This document shows, in pieces, positions 10,132 through 25,100 of a stretch of 64,000 bases of DNA (within the stretch, counting starts at the first letter, position 1; each line of letters begins with the position of its first letter). The stretch covers positions 2,356,001 through 2,420,000 of the forward strand of contig JAGIQG010000031.1 in assembly GCA_024679065.1 (NCBI GenBank). The letters run 5' to 3'. The DNA is from Sphyrna mokarran. Taxonomy: Eukaryota. The notes under the pieces are model-generated. The model saw only the letters and a list, made by a program, of their open reading frames with translations, did no database searches and had not been told where the DNA came from. The position numbers and the translations under genes were made by a program.

Positions 10132-13100
10132 AGTCACACAGGCAAGAGCCCCCTTTTGTTGCTGTCACTCAGTTGTTACTGCAGATGGAGTGGCCGCAGA
10201 CTGACCTGCGCTCAGTCCCAGTGACTTGTTACCCTTTCAGTTGCCGTGCTATCTATGAGCTGTGCTGTGGAAAGTATGACACCCTCTGTGTACGTGCCCT
10301 GCTGAATGCAACATTAATTTTGCACAATGTGGTCAACCTCGGCGTGTCAGAGTGTCATACAGAGCAGAATTTCTATAAATAAACTTAAATGGGTGCAGTT
10401 CAGGGAAGACGACAGAACAAAAGTGGATGGGTGAATACTGCAGATACAGCTTAATTCAAGAGTCTCCATCGACAATTGTCGCTGTGAATCCATTTTAAAA
10501 AAATGATCGCGTCGTCCCTCAGCCTTCAGTTTTTTCTTTACCGGAGACCAATCTGTTCACCCATTTTTTAAATTATTTTTAATATGTCTCAGCCCTATTA
10601 TAGGTCGTGAATTATTGTGTATGCATTTTGTCCGTGCTTCAATGCCCTCTTTGTACAACAAGGACCGGACGTGTGCGCATTTCTTCCAATTATTTAAAGC
10701 TGGTTCCAATAAGCAACAAAAAAAACTGATGAATATTAGAATGCCATTCCTTTATGGGTTTCTTTTGTGTGTTTCTGATGAATATCACGAACACATTCAA
10801 CAAATGTGATCTCACTCTTGAAATTATTGACACTGTGTATAAACACAATGTATGAATGCAACACGTGAAAATGTTAAAATATTTATTAGTCACCAACAGG
10901 CTTACATTCATACAGCAATGAAGTAACTGTGGAAGTTCCCTGGTCACTCCTTAAGATGAAATTAGGGAGATAGTCATATCCGATAAAGGACTCGAAATAA
11001 ATTAGTTTGTTTTCACAAAATGATTAAAAAGGAAACTGGTACAGTTTTTCTATCCTCGAATGCCCATTTTATTTACTATGATGTGTTTATAGCTTTATAG
11101 ATCGTCCAGAACGCGCGGTCTCTCTTTAATCCGTTTCTATTTAGATTCAGAATCGTGATCAGACTCCAAAGGACTGCAGTCGAGTGAGTTTCCGCATTGT
11201 AAATAACACAAAACACAATCGTCTTATATTCCCCGTTACTAACCTATTAAAAATGTTTTCCCATTGAAGAATGGACATGATTTAAAAAAATGCTAAAGCC
11301 TCGATTGCAAACACGGAACGCATGAGGGGGATTTTCACTTGTCTGTCATCAGTTAGTTTGAACAGTAATTGATGTTTTGGTAGGTCGAATTTCCCAGAGA
11401 AATGGATAAGTTTCCCCTAACGAGCCAGTCGGGATTCAATTAAAATATTCCTCCCAGAAGATTAAACACTTTATGGAAACAGAAAATTTCTTGATTAATA
11501 ATGACAAACTACATCACAGGAAATAAAGTGGACAGTGGAGAGTAGCAGGAAAAAATGAACCAGGTGTCTTTGTATCGTTTTATAAAAAGCAAAGGATAAC
11601 TAATATACAGCGATTCATTCAGGGATATAACTATCGTTTGTCCATCTCTAATTTCACCTGAAGGAGGTGGCCAGGCGACTTTCATAGTAACTTCCTTGTT
11701 GTGTGAATGTAAGCCCACTTGTGACGAATAAATACACTTTAATTTGATCAGGAGCTGCATTCTTGACCACAATTATCCACAACTTATCGATAATGCAACA
11801 ATGCTTTTAGGGTGGCAGTTCCAGGATTTTGACCTTGCGACAACACAGAAACAATGATGGTGTCAAATAAAGTGTCTGCACGGTGAGGACAGCAGTTGCA
11901 GGATCTGGTGCACCTTTACGCCTTATTCTATCGCCACATTCTTCCAGAAGATGTTAGACTTTCTGTGGCATTGTCGTGTCTAGCACAAATGGATATTACA
12001 CTGTGCCATTCCACTAAGCCAGTGATGAAAGGATTGTGGTATTACGAATAATATGGGCTTCACTTTTATTCAAGTTCTGGACACGGCAGTCATATTGTTA
12101 CCCAGTATTACATCGATTAGTAGACTAGAACCAGCTTAGTTATACACCAGTCTATTCTCTGCTTGGTTGAGTGCATCTGAGGCTGTAAAACCTCTCATTA
12201 TTTTACCGGTGAGGAAAGTTGTCTACATGAAGCGCCTTAACTGCAAAAACAACAATGCCAATGAAAGCTTCAAACATCATTTTCCATCTCAAGCAGAAAG
12301 TTGTGAAGTGGTCACAATCTGGTTCAACAATTTCCACTCGTCAGCGCATTTTGCACGGTCCCAAATGGGCTGTGGTAGCAATATGTTGACGTTTACAGCA
12401 AAGAGCCGCGGTCACAGACAAAGCTGCCGAGCCCCGCTTTCTGCTGCAAGCTTTAGTGAATAGCTGCGACTATTTTAGAAACTGCAGAGCACGGATTCTT
12501 CCGGCATTGAGTTGATAATTGGCTCATTTGAATAAATTGTGTAAAGAATCTTTTTAGCCAGTGGCAGTGTCTAATTGTCAGTGTCGTTTATTTTAACCAT
12601 TTGCTCCAACTGCCGTGATGATCGGGGACCTGTGCTTGATTCTGTTTGGGATTTGATTCCGTGCAGAACCTGAATGGGTGAGCAGCGGTGTTAAGCTGTG
12701 GTATTTGATGGACTGGTTTTATTACCTGGCATCACGTTGAATCACCAATTGCAGTTTCTTATTTCAGAAAACAGAATGAACTGAACAGATGAAGCAAAAC
12801 AAGTAAGTAAACCTTTCTGTAAAGCTCATTATTGACACCCTCACTGCATGTAAAATTGTTTCAAAACTCTACCCCGTCCCAGCTCCCCCCTGCCCACCCA
12901 AAGCCATTCCCATGTATAGGCGTTTTAATATTTCAAAAATTATTTCCGATTTATTTTCGGATAAATTAATATTTCAAAACGTTATCTTCTTCCAATGTGA
13001 GAAGTTTGAATGGTCACATGAAGTAGAGCAGCAACAGGCCACTCGGCCCTCCATCATGCTTCACCATTTGATATGATTATGGCAAATATTACGTTTTCTC

Positions 13101-14289
13101 CACTTAATTCCATTTTGAATCAAAAAATCTCCCTAAATCTTTCATAAATGTATTCATTGACCCATCCCATATGATTTATATGTATGATAATTTCGAACAC
13201 GACTGACCCTCAGAGTGATTGAATTCATCACTCTCCAAGTAGTAACAGCGTTCAGCAGTTGTGGACTCGTCATGTTTAAGGGCGTTCAAATGGGCAGTGG
13301 ATAGGCATATGAATAGCATTGGAATAGATTAGGATAGAGGGTCATAAAATTGGTTCCATTGGTCTGCGCAACATCGCGGGCTGAAGGGCCTGTACTGCGC
13401 TGTAATGTTCTATGTTCTAATTAAGCGCTGAAATTTCCACCCCTTCTTCCAGATATTCGAGGAAGAATCCTGTGTTAGTGTCGTCCAAATTGTTTGAATA
13501 CATTAACAAGCAGAATCAAGCTGTCCAGCCGCTCGACTCAGCTCCATTATTAATAGGATCATGACTGAACTGGTGATAACCCAAATTCTGCATCCCACTT
13601 AACAAAGGTAACGTATCAACTTCTCTAAATTCGCAAATCTCTCTTTTAACAGTTTCACTCCATTTTCAGGAAGCGAGTTCGAAAGACTCACAACGATCTG
13701 AGATAATAAAAATCCTCATTTCCATTTTCATCGGCGTTACATTAGTATTAAATGATGGTCACACGCGAATAATCATCCTTTCAACACACATTCACGGAAG
13801 AATCTTGACGATATTATTTGCTTCATTCAAGTAGCCTTCTGAACTGCAGTGGATTCGGACGCAACCAGCCCAATATTTACCCATAAGATAAAGTGGGCAT
13901 TATATTAAACGTCAATATTTATCTGTTTGGAACTTACCTAGCGGAAACATAGCATGCTTAGTTTTGTAAACGACTCCGCTCTCAATACATGATAACATTA
14001 TATTTGATGGCCTAATTGTTTGCTGCAAAATCATTTAGCATTTATTTGAATCATGCACCGTGACAATCAGATACTCTGTGCTCCTTAGTGGTCTGCAATC
14101 TCTTACCGTTTGGTAACATTCTTTTTAACACGCCCTACCACAATCAACAATTTCACATTTCCACCACATTGAGCTCAAATTTCCAGTTCCGTGGTTTGCC
14201 TGCCTACGTATTCAGCTTCCATAATATAATTCCGAATATAATTCCCTATGCATCTGTGCATAATCATAAAATGTGACAAACATCGTTTT

Positions 14290-14780
14290 ATTAGAAAGAG
14301 TGCAGAAAAGATTTTACTTCAACATCATCAGGACTTAATGGCTTTGAACTAAAAGGAGAGGCTGGATAGGCTGGGACATTTTTTTTTTCCGTGGAGCCCA
14401 GAAGACTCCACAGTGATCTTGTAGAGACCTATAAAGTAATAAGGGGCACAGATCTGCTCGATCATCAATACATTTTCCGGAAGATAAAGGAATCTAAATC
14501 TAAAACTAGAGCCCATAAGTTTAAGGTGAGAACTACAAAAGCGTCCAGAGGGACAATTTTTCACATAGATGGTGGCGAATGTCTGGAACAAGCTGCCAGA
14601 GGTAGTTGTAGAGTTGGGAACAATTTTATCTTTTAAAAGGCATTTTCATAGTTAGATGAGTAAAATTGGTACAGAGGGATATGGGATAAATGCAGGCAAT
14701 TGGGATTAGCTTAGAGTTTAAATAAAAGGCAGGATGGACAAATTGAGCTGGGGGGGCCTGTTTCCATGCTCTATGGCTCT
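14290..14780 (+). mobile_element. CR1 3' fragment (further short 3' fragments at about 13250-13418 and 15560-15775)
   Basis: RRLHSDLVETYK-type ORF and CR1 3'UTR. Confidence 0.75.
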
Positions 14781-16729
14781 CTGAATACCTTCATCCAAAT
14801 CATTTACATTTTTAATAAAAGCTGAATTCCCAGTACTGATCTTTGTGGCACACCAAACGTTCCATACTTCAAACCTGAAAAAGAACTAGTTGGGCCGAGT
14901 TTCCGCTTTCTGTTAGCCAACCAAAGTTTTATCTATCCCAATGTCTTCCCGTTTAAACATCAGCTTTCAATTTCACCAATAAATGGTACCAGAGCACTTT
15001 AGCAAATGGTTTCTGGAAAGCGAAATACAGTACATCAATTGGTGCACCTTTATCCACAGCACGTTATTTCCTCAATTAATTGGATGAATATGATTCCCCC
15101 TGCAACAAACCATGTTGTTTCTGTCTGATTTCATTGAACTTTTCTAAGTGATATGAAATAACTTATTTACGAATATCTCGTACCATTTTCCATATCACAG
15201 ATGATAAGCTAACTAGCAGTTAACTGCTTTGTTCTCTTTCCACGTTTTAGTAAAGAAGTTGCATATACTATCTTCCATGTAATAGGGCCGTTCCAGAATC
15301 TGAAGATGGAGGAAATTAAACCAATGTATCACTTGCAGCGTATTTCAAGACTCGAGAACAAAATCCATCAGGTAACAGACACTTGTCAATCTGAACTCCA
15401 ACAGTTTAGCCAATAACAATATTCTGCAGAGTTTAGTTTTTTATTAGCTCATTCCTCCATTTCGTATTTCTGGTTTTCTATGATCTAGCCCATACTTTGA
15501 ATCTCCGATAATAAGGTGTGATGAAAAATGCCTGTCATTTCATCTGTTTTTCACTTGAGTGGCTGGAACAAGCTGCAAGAGGTAGGAGTAGAGGCAGGTG
15601 CAATTTTATCTTTTAAAACGCATTTAGACAGTTATATGGGAACGATGGGTATAAAAGGTTATGGGCCAAATGTGGGCAACTGGAATTAGCTTCGCGGTTT
15701 AAAAAGGGTGTCATGGACAAGTTGGGTCAAAGAGCCTCTTTCTATGCTGTAAACCTCTAAGTCCATGACTCCATGACAACTTGGGCAACATGTGGTCATC
15801 AACCAGGGACGCCCATGTCCTACAGGAAAAATATGTTTGTCATTGTATCATTGTTGATCTGTCCTTTGCCACACAATGTAGCCAACTCAGCCTCATGTTT
15901 TCATTACTGTTCTTATCATTGAATCTCTACAGTCCATATTGAGGTCGTTTGGCCCACCATAATTCATCTCAGCCCCTACCGCTACACTTTCTTTTTGTCC
16001 TGTTAGCTCCCTTCCTTATGTTGGAAAGCCAGAACTCCTTGCAAATAACGAACTGTAATTTTCACCGATATTAAAGAAGCTGCAAAAACAATCCGCGTTC
16101 ATTGTGAGATTTAAAGCCAGAAAAACTTGTTTGATTTGTTTTTCTGTCTGCTGATTGGAAGAAACATCTCCTGCCAGTAATATAAACATTCTGTCGTTGT
16201 TCTGTTCTTACTGTCCGTTATCACTTTGACTGGAACACATGATTCAAATAAAGGACAAGTTACACTTTAAAGAGTCATGTCTTCAACAAGCACTGAACCA
16301 AAGTGCAATTCAAGCAGTTTGCTTTCTTTAATAGGAAGTCCTACATTGCTGTCTCGTAAAGGAATTTAGGTTATATTCTTTTTATTAATGTTAACGAAAG
16401 GCAATTTCACATTTTCCCACATTCTATTTCCATTTGCCAGGTACCTGCACATTCCCTTAATCCATCTATAGTTTTTGCAGAACTGTAACGTCTGCTCATA
16501 CGTCCGTGCCCACAAGTGTGCATGGTTATCCATGCATGTATTTATGCGTATGTCACTGCGTTCATATGTGTTATTTTTTAATTCATGGTGTTCGTGAGTC
16601 ACACATAGAATAGATCATAGAAACCCTGCAGTACAGAAAGAGGCCATTCAGATCATTGTGCCTGCACTGACCACAATCCCACCCAGGTCCTACCCACATA
16701 TCCCTATATGTATACTTAGTAAAACTTAC

Positions 16730-18085
16730 ATATAAAAGTTGGAGTGTTATGATAAGGTTATATAAGGCATTGGCGAGGCGAAATTTAGAGTATTGTATAC
16801 AGTTTTGGTCACCTAGTTACAGAAAGAATGTAAATAAGGTTGAAAGAGTGCAGAGAAGGTTCACAAGGATGTTGCCGGGACTTGAGAAAGCTGAGTTACA
16901 GAGACACATTGAATAGTTAGGACTTTATTCCCTGGAGCATTGAAGAAAAAGGGGAGATTTGATAGAGATGTATAAGATTTTGATGGCTGTAGATAGAATG
17001 AATGCAAGCAGGCTTTTCCCACTGAGGGTAGCGAAGAAAAAAAAAAACAGAAGGCCTGGTTAAGTGTGAAAGGAGAAAAGTTTAAAAGAGATATTAAAGA
17101 ACAAAGAACAAAGAACAAAACAGCACGGGAAACAGGCCCTTCGGCCCAACGAGCCCGGGCCGCCACCCCGATGCTCCCACCTCTACCCGTGATCCCTATC
17201 TATGTTTTTAGATCTATGGATTAAAAACCAATTTTGAGACAATTTCGGGAGAATTTGTTTTGCCAATTAGCCTAAGAGCACATCTGTGGGAGGAAACCGG
17301 AGCACCCAGAGAAAACATACGCAAGCACGGGGAGAATGTGCAAACTCCCACAGACACAGGCCCAAATCCATGTATCTGCACAACACAGCGATAGTCACTA
17401 AGCTGTCGTATTGCCCATCAAAGGGTCCAGGTCAAGCGCACACTAACAACGTGAAGCACTAGGATACTCTCGAAAAAAAATCCAAGAGCAGCCCTCTCAC
17501 GACCCATCGCGTGTATGCCCCTTGTTAGACATCAAGGTGGACCAAAGCACCTGTAGGATAGAAACTAGTACATCAATATCATCATCTATTTACACACTTC
17601 CCAGGGACTCCCAATACTCATGATCCCTATTTTAAATCAGTTTTCTATACCCCTCCATTCCCATTCTGTTCATGTGCCCATCTAAGTATTTCTTTAATAA
17701 CTCCAGAGTACCTGCCTCCACCACTTTACTTGGCAGTTCAATCCATACCCCCACCACCCTCTGTGTGAAAAAAAACTCCCTCCCCGCATCCAAATTATAC
17801 CTTACCCCCCTCACCCTAAGCCCGTGACCCCTCCTGCTATTGGAGCGGCTTCTTCACGCAGAAAGTGCTGGGAGTTTGGAATGAGCTGCCGGATAAAGTG
17901 GTAAAGGTGGGCTCACTTTTAACATTTAAGAAAAACTTGTACGGGTTCATGGATGAGAGTGGTGTGGAGGGATATGGTCCAAGTGCAGGTCAGTGGGACT
18001 CGGCAGAAAATGGTTCGGCACAGACAAGAAGGGCCAAAAGGCATGTTTCTGAGCTGTAACGTTCTGTGATTCTATTGTTCTAATT
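16730..18085 (+). mobile_element. CR1 3' fragment interrupted by an opposite-strand CR1 3' end (about 17097-17845)
   Basis: The + strand sequence ...tttaaaagagatatt resumes as gcggcttcttcacgcag; the insert carries ORF 17632-17814. Confidence 0.8.
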
Positions 18086-18099
18086 CACCTAACTTATGC

Positions 18100-18310
18100 A
18101 TCTCAAGACACTAAGGACTTTTTTTAAACATGGTCAATCTATCTGACCTGCACATTTTTGGACTGTTGGAGGAAGCCAGAGCACCTGGAGGAAACCCACG
18201 CAGACACGAGGAAAATGTGCAAACTTCTCACAGGCAGTGACCCAAGCCAAGAATCGAACTTTGATCCCTTGAGCTGGGGAAGAGTGGTAATAAACCACTG
18301 TGCTGCCCAC
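18100..18310 (-). mobile_element. V-SINE (HE1-like)
   Basis: ggaggaaacccacgcagacacg...aaccactgtgc. Confidence 0.8.
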
Positions 18311-18779
18311 ATACTGACAACATTAATTTCACGTCAACAATCGTCCCTGGGAAAATTCATACAGACAGATAAAACAGTAGCAGGTGAGACCATTCATTTT
18401 CCGTAACCTGTTCCTCCTACTAAGAGATCACACTGATTCATGGTAATTTCAAATCTTCATGGGTCCCACCTAGAAAAAATATTGACCCCCCTTGATAACA
18501 GAGAATCTATCTATCTCTGTCTATATATCCATTTTGAGTTCCAAGGACTCACGACTTTGGAGGGGAGCAAGGAAATTGCTTTCTCTCTGTCTGAAAAGTA
18601 TCCTTATTTTCAAACTGTAACCTCAGATCCTCCAAGAGGATTGAACATCCTCTCCACATCAAGCTTATCAAGACCATTCAAGATCCAACATATTCTCATC
18701 AGGCTGCCTCTTGAATCTTCTAAACTACAGTGGATACAAGCTTAGCCTGTGATTCAGGTGATGATGAGTCTCCTTCATA

Positions 18780-20750
18780 TATCGCTGTAGTTTCTCTTTA
18801 AGAAAACACAAAGTGTTGTTAGAAGGAGACAGTTTGGATATTGACTCACGATACTCAGTAAACTGGATATAATTCTAAATAGCACCATGCATGATTTGGG
18901 GTTCCATCCGAGCGTTTTGGAATCAAAGAAAACTGCATAGACATGAGGACAGATATGGCCGAGAAGAGTTTGCAGGAATGCTAAAGATATGACAGCTGAT
19001 GAGCAGTAGCAGTTATTTAAAGACATATTCAAGTCCTCACAACTAAAATATGTCCCAGTGAAGAAGGATGATGGTAAAGGGAGTTTTTTAAAAAAAGTGG
19101 CTAAGCAAGGAGGTTAAGGACAAAGTAAAGGCAAAAAGTAACGTATTAAAAAGGCCAGTTGCAGGTAGGAAAAATGGAAAACTTTCAAACATAAGCAAAA
19201 TGATACTAAAAAGAAATAAAAAGAGCTGGGGTAAACTATGAAAGTAAATTAGCGCAAAATACCAAGCAAGACAGTTGAAGCTTCTGAAGATATATAAAAG
19301 GGATGCGAGTCACTAAGGTGAAAGCTGGCCCCTTGGAAGATGAAACTGGAGAGCTAATAGTGAGGAATATTAAAAGAACAGGGAAGCTAACTCAAAACGT
19401 TGCGATAGTTTTCACGGAAGAGGGCAGTAGCACCATTCGTATAGGAACAGGAAAGGCAAAGGTGATAAAAAGGGCAGAACTTAGAACAGTCAGCGTTGAT
19501 AGCAAGAAAACACTCAGCAAACAATTGAGATTGAGGACAGGTAGGTCCCCCGGGCCTGATGGCCTACGTAATCGTTTATTAAACAAAGTGGCAGCGAATC
19601 CATTGGTTTTCATGTTACAAAAAAAAAATACTTAGAGACAGAAAAGGTTCCAATGGATTGGAAAAAAATGCTAATGTAACGCTATTATTTCAAGAGAGCG
19701 GAGGCATATTTTGGAAATTATACACCAGTGAGTTCATCTGTTGTTGGGAAAACATTAGAATCAATTATCAATGAAGAAATATCAGGTCATTTGGAAAGTG
19801 AAAACCCAACAATCCATCAGATTAAGCATGGTTTTATGAAAGACAAATCATTTTTGACTAATCTGCTGTTGCTCTTTGAGGATGTAACAAGCGAAGTGGA
19901 TATTGGGGATCCTGTAGATGTAGTATATCTGGATGCTAGGAAGGCATTTCATAAGATGCAAGAGATAAGGTTAATTCAAAAAGTTAAATCATATGGGATT
20001 GAGAGTAATTTATGTGCTTGGATAGGTGACAGCCTGATGGACAGAAGGCAGAGAGTTGGGTTAAATGTTGTTTTCTTTGGATGGTAAGAAGTAACTGGTG
20101 GGATGCCACAGCGTTCGGTCCTTGGGAAACAGCGATTTACAATCTATATTAATGACATGGATACATGGATAGAAGTCTCTATAGCCAAATTTGTTGATGA
20201 GACACGAATAGGCGAGATTGTAAGTTGCCAAGAAGAAGTAAGAACCGTAAAATTGAATAAAGCTAGGTTAGGAGAGTGGACCAAAATGTAGCAGATGGAT
20301 TTTAACGTGGATAAGTGTGAGGTTATACAATTTAGTCGCAAAACCAGGAAGATACTTCTGGATGCTCCATTGCAGAGGGATGGTTGTCCTCGTTCATCAC
20401 TTACGCAAAAATAGCATGCCGATACAACAGATAGTAAAGAAAGCAAATGGTAAGTTGGCACTTATATCTAAAGGAATAGAAAGTAAAATACAGGAAGTTT
20501 TGATGCAACTTTGCAAGGCATTGGTGAGATAACGCCTGGAGAATTATGCAAAGTTGTGATCCCTGTTTTTGAGGAACGATGTAGTGGCATTGGAGGCAGT
20601 TCAGTGGAAGTTCACGAGATTGATTTCAGAGATGAGAGGTTTGTTTTACGAAGAAAAATTGAACAGTTTAGGCCGATACTCTATGGAATTTAGAAGAATG
20701 AGGGGAGATGAAATTGATGAAAGGTATGAACAAAGTTGGCACGGAGTGGA
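18780..20750 (+). mobile_element. Decayed CR1 ORF2
   Basis: Fragmented ORFs with SPGPDG, HGFMK...LTNLL, DVVYLD and AKFVDET motifs. Confidence 0.85.
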
Positions 20751-20779
20751 TACTTCTGCTGTCCATATCCCGCAATAAC

Positions 20780-21720
20780 TTGTAGACTTCTATCAGATCG
20801 CCCCTCAACTTCTGGTGAGAACAAACCAAGTCTCTCCAAACTCTCCCCATAGCTTGCGCTATCCATTCCAGGCAATATCCTGGTAAATCTTTTTCTGTAA
20901 CTTCTCCAAAGCCTCCACATCCTTCTGTTGTGTGGCCTAAACATGTTTCTATAAAACTGAAACATGATTTGCCAATTTTCAAATTCAATGCTCTGGCCGC
21001 TGAAGGCAAGAAAGCCTCCTTAACTACCTTGGAACATTACAGCGCAGAACAGGCCCTTTGGCCCTCGATGTTGCGCCGACCTTCTCTATCTGCTTTGCCA
21101 CTCTCAGTAACCTACGTACCTCAATGCCCAAATCTCTCTGCCTATCAATCCTCCTAAGCGTTCTGCACTTTACTGTATATTTCATATCCGTATTAGACCT
21201 TCCAAAATGCATTACCTTACATTTGTCTGAATTAAACTCCATCTACCATCTCTCCCCCAAGTCGCCAACCAATCGATATCCTGTTGTATCCCCAAATGGT
21301 TGTCATCGATTTCCACAAATCCACCAACCTTTGTGTCATCCACAAACACTCTAATCAAACCAATTACATTTTCCTCCAAATGATTTAATCATAACACTGA
21401 TCCCTGAGGAACTCCACTTGTCAGAGCCCTCTATTCAGAAATGCATCTTTCCACTGCTACCCTCCGCCTTCTATGAACGAGCTAGTTCTGTATCTACCTT
21501 GCCAGCTCACTTCTGATCCCGTGTGACTTCACCTTCTGCACTAGTCTGTTATGAGAAACTTTGTCAAGGGCGTTACTGGAGTCCACGTAGACAACCTCAT
21601 CAATCATCTACCCTCATCAATCATATTTGGCACTTCCTCGAAAAACTTGATCATTTCAGTGAGGCACAAACTACCTTTCATAAAACCATCTTGCCTCTCG
21701 CTATTACTTCTTCCAAACAG
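20780..21720 (-). mobile_element. Decayed CR1 ORF2 fragment
   Basis: MEFNSDKCKVMHFG and GFMKGSLCLT motifs. Confidence 0.8.
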
Positions 21721-21799
21721 AGAATTATAAAATGCTAACAGGATTGACAGGTTAGATGTAGCAAGGTTCATCCTGGATAATTCAAGTGGCATCATATGA

Positions 21800-22050
21800 T
21801 TGTCTATTAATACAGAAACTCAGCTCATATTTTGAGGACCCATTTCTAAACGCCGCCACAGCAGACGACAGAATTTGAATGCAAACAACAAAATCTGGAA
21901 ATAAGAATATATTGATGACCATGAAATCATTGTCGATTGTCAGAGAAAACTCATTTGGTTCACTGGTGTCCTTTTTGGAAGAAAGGATGCCATCCTTACC
22001 TCATCTGCCCTATCTGTGACTTCAGTTCCACAACTCTATGTCTAATTCGC
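21800..22050 (+). mobile_element. Deu-type SINE remnant (also at about 63520-63720)
   Basis: aatctggaa...gatgaccatgaaatcattgtcgattgtc...ggttcactggtgtcc; the same motif recurs elsewhere in the window. Confidence 0.55.
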
Positions 22051-22159
22051 AGTGACATCAATAAGTGTGTACACATGACTGCCTTCTGGACTTTGAGCGT
22101 TCCACCTACACTGAGAACACAAGTGATAAAGGTTGTTAAACTGAGTGCTATGCAACTTA

Positions 22160-25100
22160 TAGAAAATAGAACATAGAACACTACAGCGCAGCACAGGCCC
22201 TTCAGCCCTCGATGTTGCACCAACCAGTGGAACCAATCTAATGACCCTCGAACCTAAACTATTCCAATGTTATCCATATGCCTATCCACTGCCCATTTGA
22301 ACGCCCTTAAACTTGACGAGCTCACAACTGCTGCAGGCAGGGCATTCCACGCCCTTACTACCCTCTGAGTAAAGAACCCACCTCTAGCACCTCTCCTATA
22401 ACTACCACCCCTTAATTTAAAGCTATGTCCCCTCGTGTTATCCATCTCCATCCGAGGAAAATGGCTCTCACTATCCACCCTATCTAACCCTCTGATCATC
22501 TTATATGCCTCACTCAAGTCACCTCTTAGCCTTCTTCTCTCTAATGAGAATAACTTCAAGTCCCTTAGCCTTTCCTCATAAGGCCTACCCATCATACTAG
22601 GCAACATCCTGGTAAACCTCATCTGCACCCTTTCAATTGCCTCCACATCTTTCTTATAATGTGGCGACCAAAACTGTACACAATACTCCAAATGCGGCTG
22701 CACAGAGTTTTGTACAGTTGCAACACGACATCTCGGTTTTGAAATTCAATCCCTCTACCAATAAATGCTGACACATTATACGCCTTCTTAACAACCTTAT
22801 CAACTTCAGTACCAACTTTCAGAGATCGATGCATCTGTACACCGAGATCTCTCTGTTCATCTACAGTATTAAGAATCCTACCATTAGCCCTAAATTCTGC
22901 ACACATATTACTCTTACCAAAGTGAATCACCTCACACTTTTCCACATTAAACTCTATTTGCCGCTTCTTGGCCCAGCTCTGCAACTTATCTATGTCCCTC
23001 TGCAAACTGCAACATCCATCCTCACTGTCTACCACTCCTCCAACTTTGGTGTCATCAGCAAATTTACTAACCCATCCCTCTACACCCTCATCCAGGTCAT
23101 TTATAAAAATAAGAAACAACAGTGGCCCCAAAACAGATCCCTGAGGTACACCACGAGTAACTAAACTCCAGGTTGAATATGAACCATCAACCACCACCCT
23201 CTATCGGCTAGCCAATTCCTAATCCAAATTGCTAAATCTCCCTCAATCTCATGCATCTGCATTTTCTGCAATAGTCTTCCATGGAGAACCTTATCAAACG
23301 CTTTGCTAAAATCCATATACACCACATCGACTGCCATACCATTATCCATCTCTTTGGTCACCTTTTCAAAAAACTCAATAAGGTTTGTGAGGCACGACTT
23401 TCCCTTCACAAATCCATGTTGACTATCCCTAATCAATTCATTTCTTTCTAGATGACAATAAATCCTATCCCTTATTATTCTTTCCAAAACTTTCTCCACA
23501 ACAGATGTAAAGCTTACTGGTCTATAATTTGCAGGATGGTCTCTGCTCCCCTTCTTAAACAAGGGGACAACATTTGCCATCCTCCGGTCTTCCGGCACTG
23601 CACCTGTAGCCAACAACGACATGAAGATCAACGCCAAAGGCTCTGCAATCTGCTCTCTAGCCTCCCAGAGTAACCTGGGACAAATCTCATCCGGCCCAGG
23701 ATATTTATCTATTTTCATACTCTCAAGAATAGCTAACACCACCTCCTTATGTACCTCTATCCTGTCTAGTCTACAACCCTGTATCCCGTATTCTCCCCAA
23801 CTCCATTGACATGTTCCAGCGTGAAGACCGACGAAAAATATTCATTCAGTTCCTCACCAATCTCTACAGGCTCCACCCACAAATTCCAACTACTGTCTCT
23901 GACAGGCCCTAATCTTGATCTAACCAATGTTTTTTTCTTAACATATCTATAAAAAGCTTTAGGGTTCTCTTTTATCCTATCCACCAAAATTTTCTCATGT
24001 CCTCTTCTAGCTCTTCTTATCTCCATCTTTAGCTCCCTCCTGGCTAATTTATAACTGTCCACTGCCCTAACAGAGTCTCCACGTCTTGTCTTTATATAAG
24101 CCTCTTTTTTCCTCTTCACTAATGAACTAACTTCCTAAGTACACCACGGTTCCCTGGCTCTACCACTTCCTCCCTCCCTGACATGTACATCTTTATCAAG
24201 GACTCGCAGCAGGTGTTCCTTGAATAAGTCCACATTTCAGGTGTTCCCAGCCCCTGCAGTTTCCTACTCCACCCTATGTATCCTAAATCTCGCATAATAG
24301 CCTCAGAATTACCTTCCCCAGCTGTAACTTCTTCCCTTCGGTATATGTCTATCCCTTTCCATTACTAAGGTAAACGTAACCGAATTGTGGTCACTATCAC
24401 CAAAGTGCTCACCTACCTCCAAGTCTAACACCTGGTCTGGTTCATTACTCAGAACCAAATCCAATGATTGCAAAGTTAAAGTCCCCCATAACAAACTACC
24501 CTCTTACTTTCACTTCTGTCCAGAATCAGCCTTGCAATCTTTTCCTCCATATCCCTGAAAGTTTTTGGAGGCCTACAAAAAACTCCCAACAGGGTGACCT
24601 CTCCTCTGCTGTTTCTAGTCTCAGCCCAAACTACCTCAATAAAGAGGTCCACATCAAATATCCTTTCTGCCATCATAATACAGTTTTTGAGTAACAATGC
24701 CACACCTCCCCCTCTTCTACCACCTACTCTGCTCCGACTGTAACATCTGTACCCTGGAACGTGCAACATCCATTCTTGTCCCTGCTCTATCCAAGTCTCT
24801 GAAATGGCCACAACAACGAAGTCCCAGGCACCTATCCAGGCTGCAAGTTCGCCCACCTTATTGCGTTTGCTCCTCGCATTGAAGTATACACACTTCAAAC
24901 CACCCTCCCACCTACCAGTACCCTGCTGAGACCCAGAAACCTTACCCATGACCTCGATATTCTCATTCTCCTGTACATTTGAGCTACTCAGGGCCCCAAC
25001 CCCCCTCTGAATCAGTTTAGAACCCGGATAGCACTGGCAAATCCCCCCCCCCCCCAGATATTAGTTCCCTTCTGGTTCAGGTGCAGACCATCCCTCTTTT

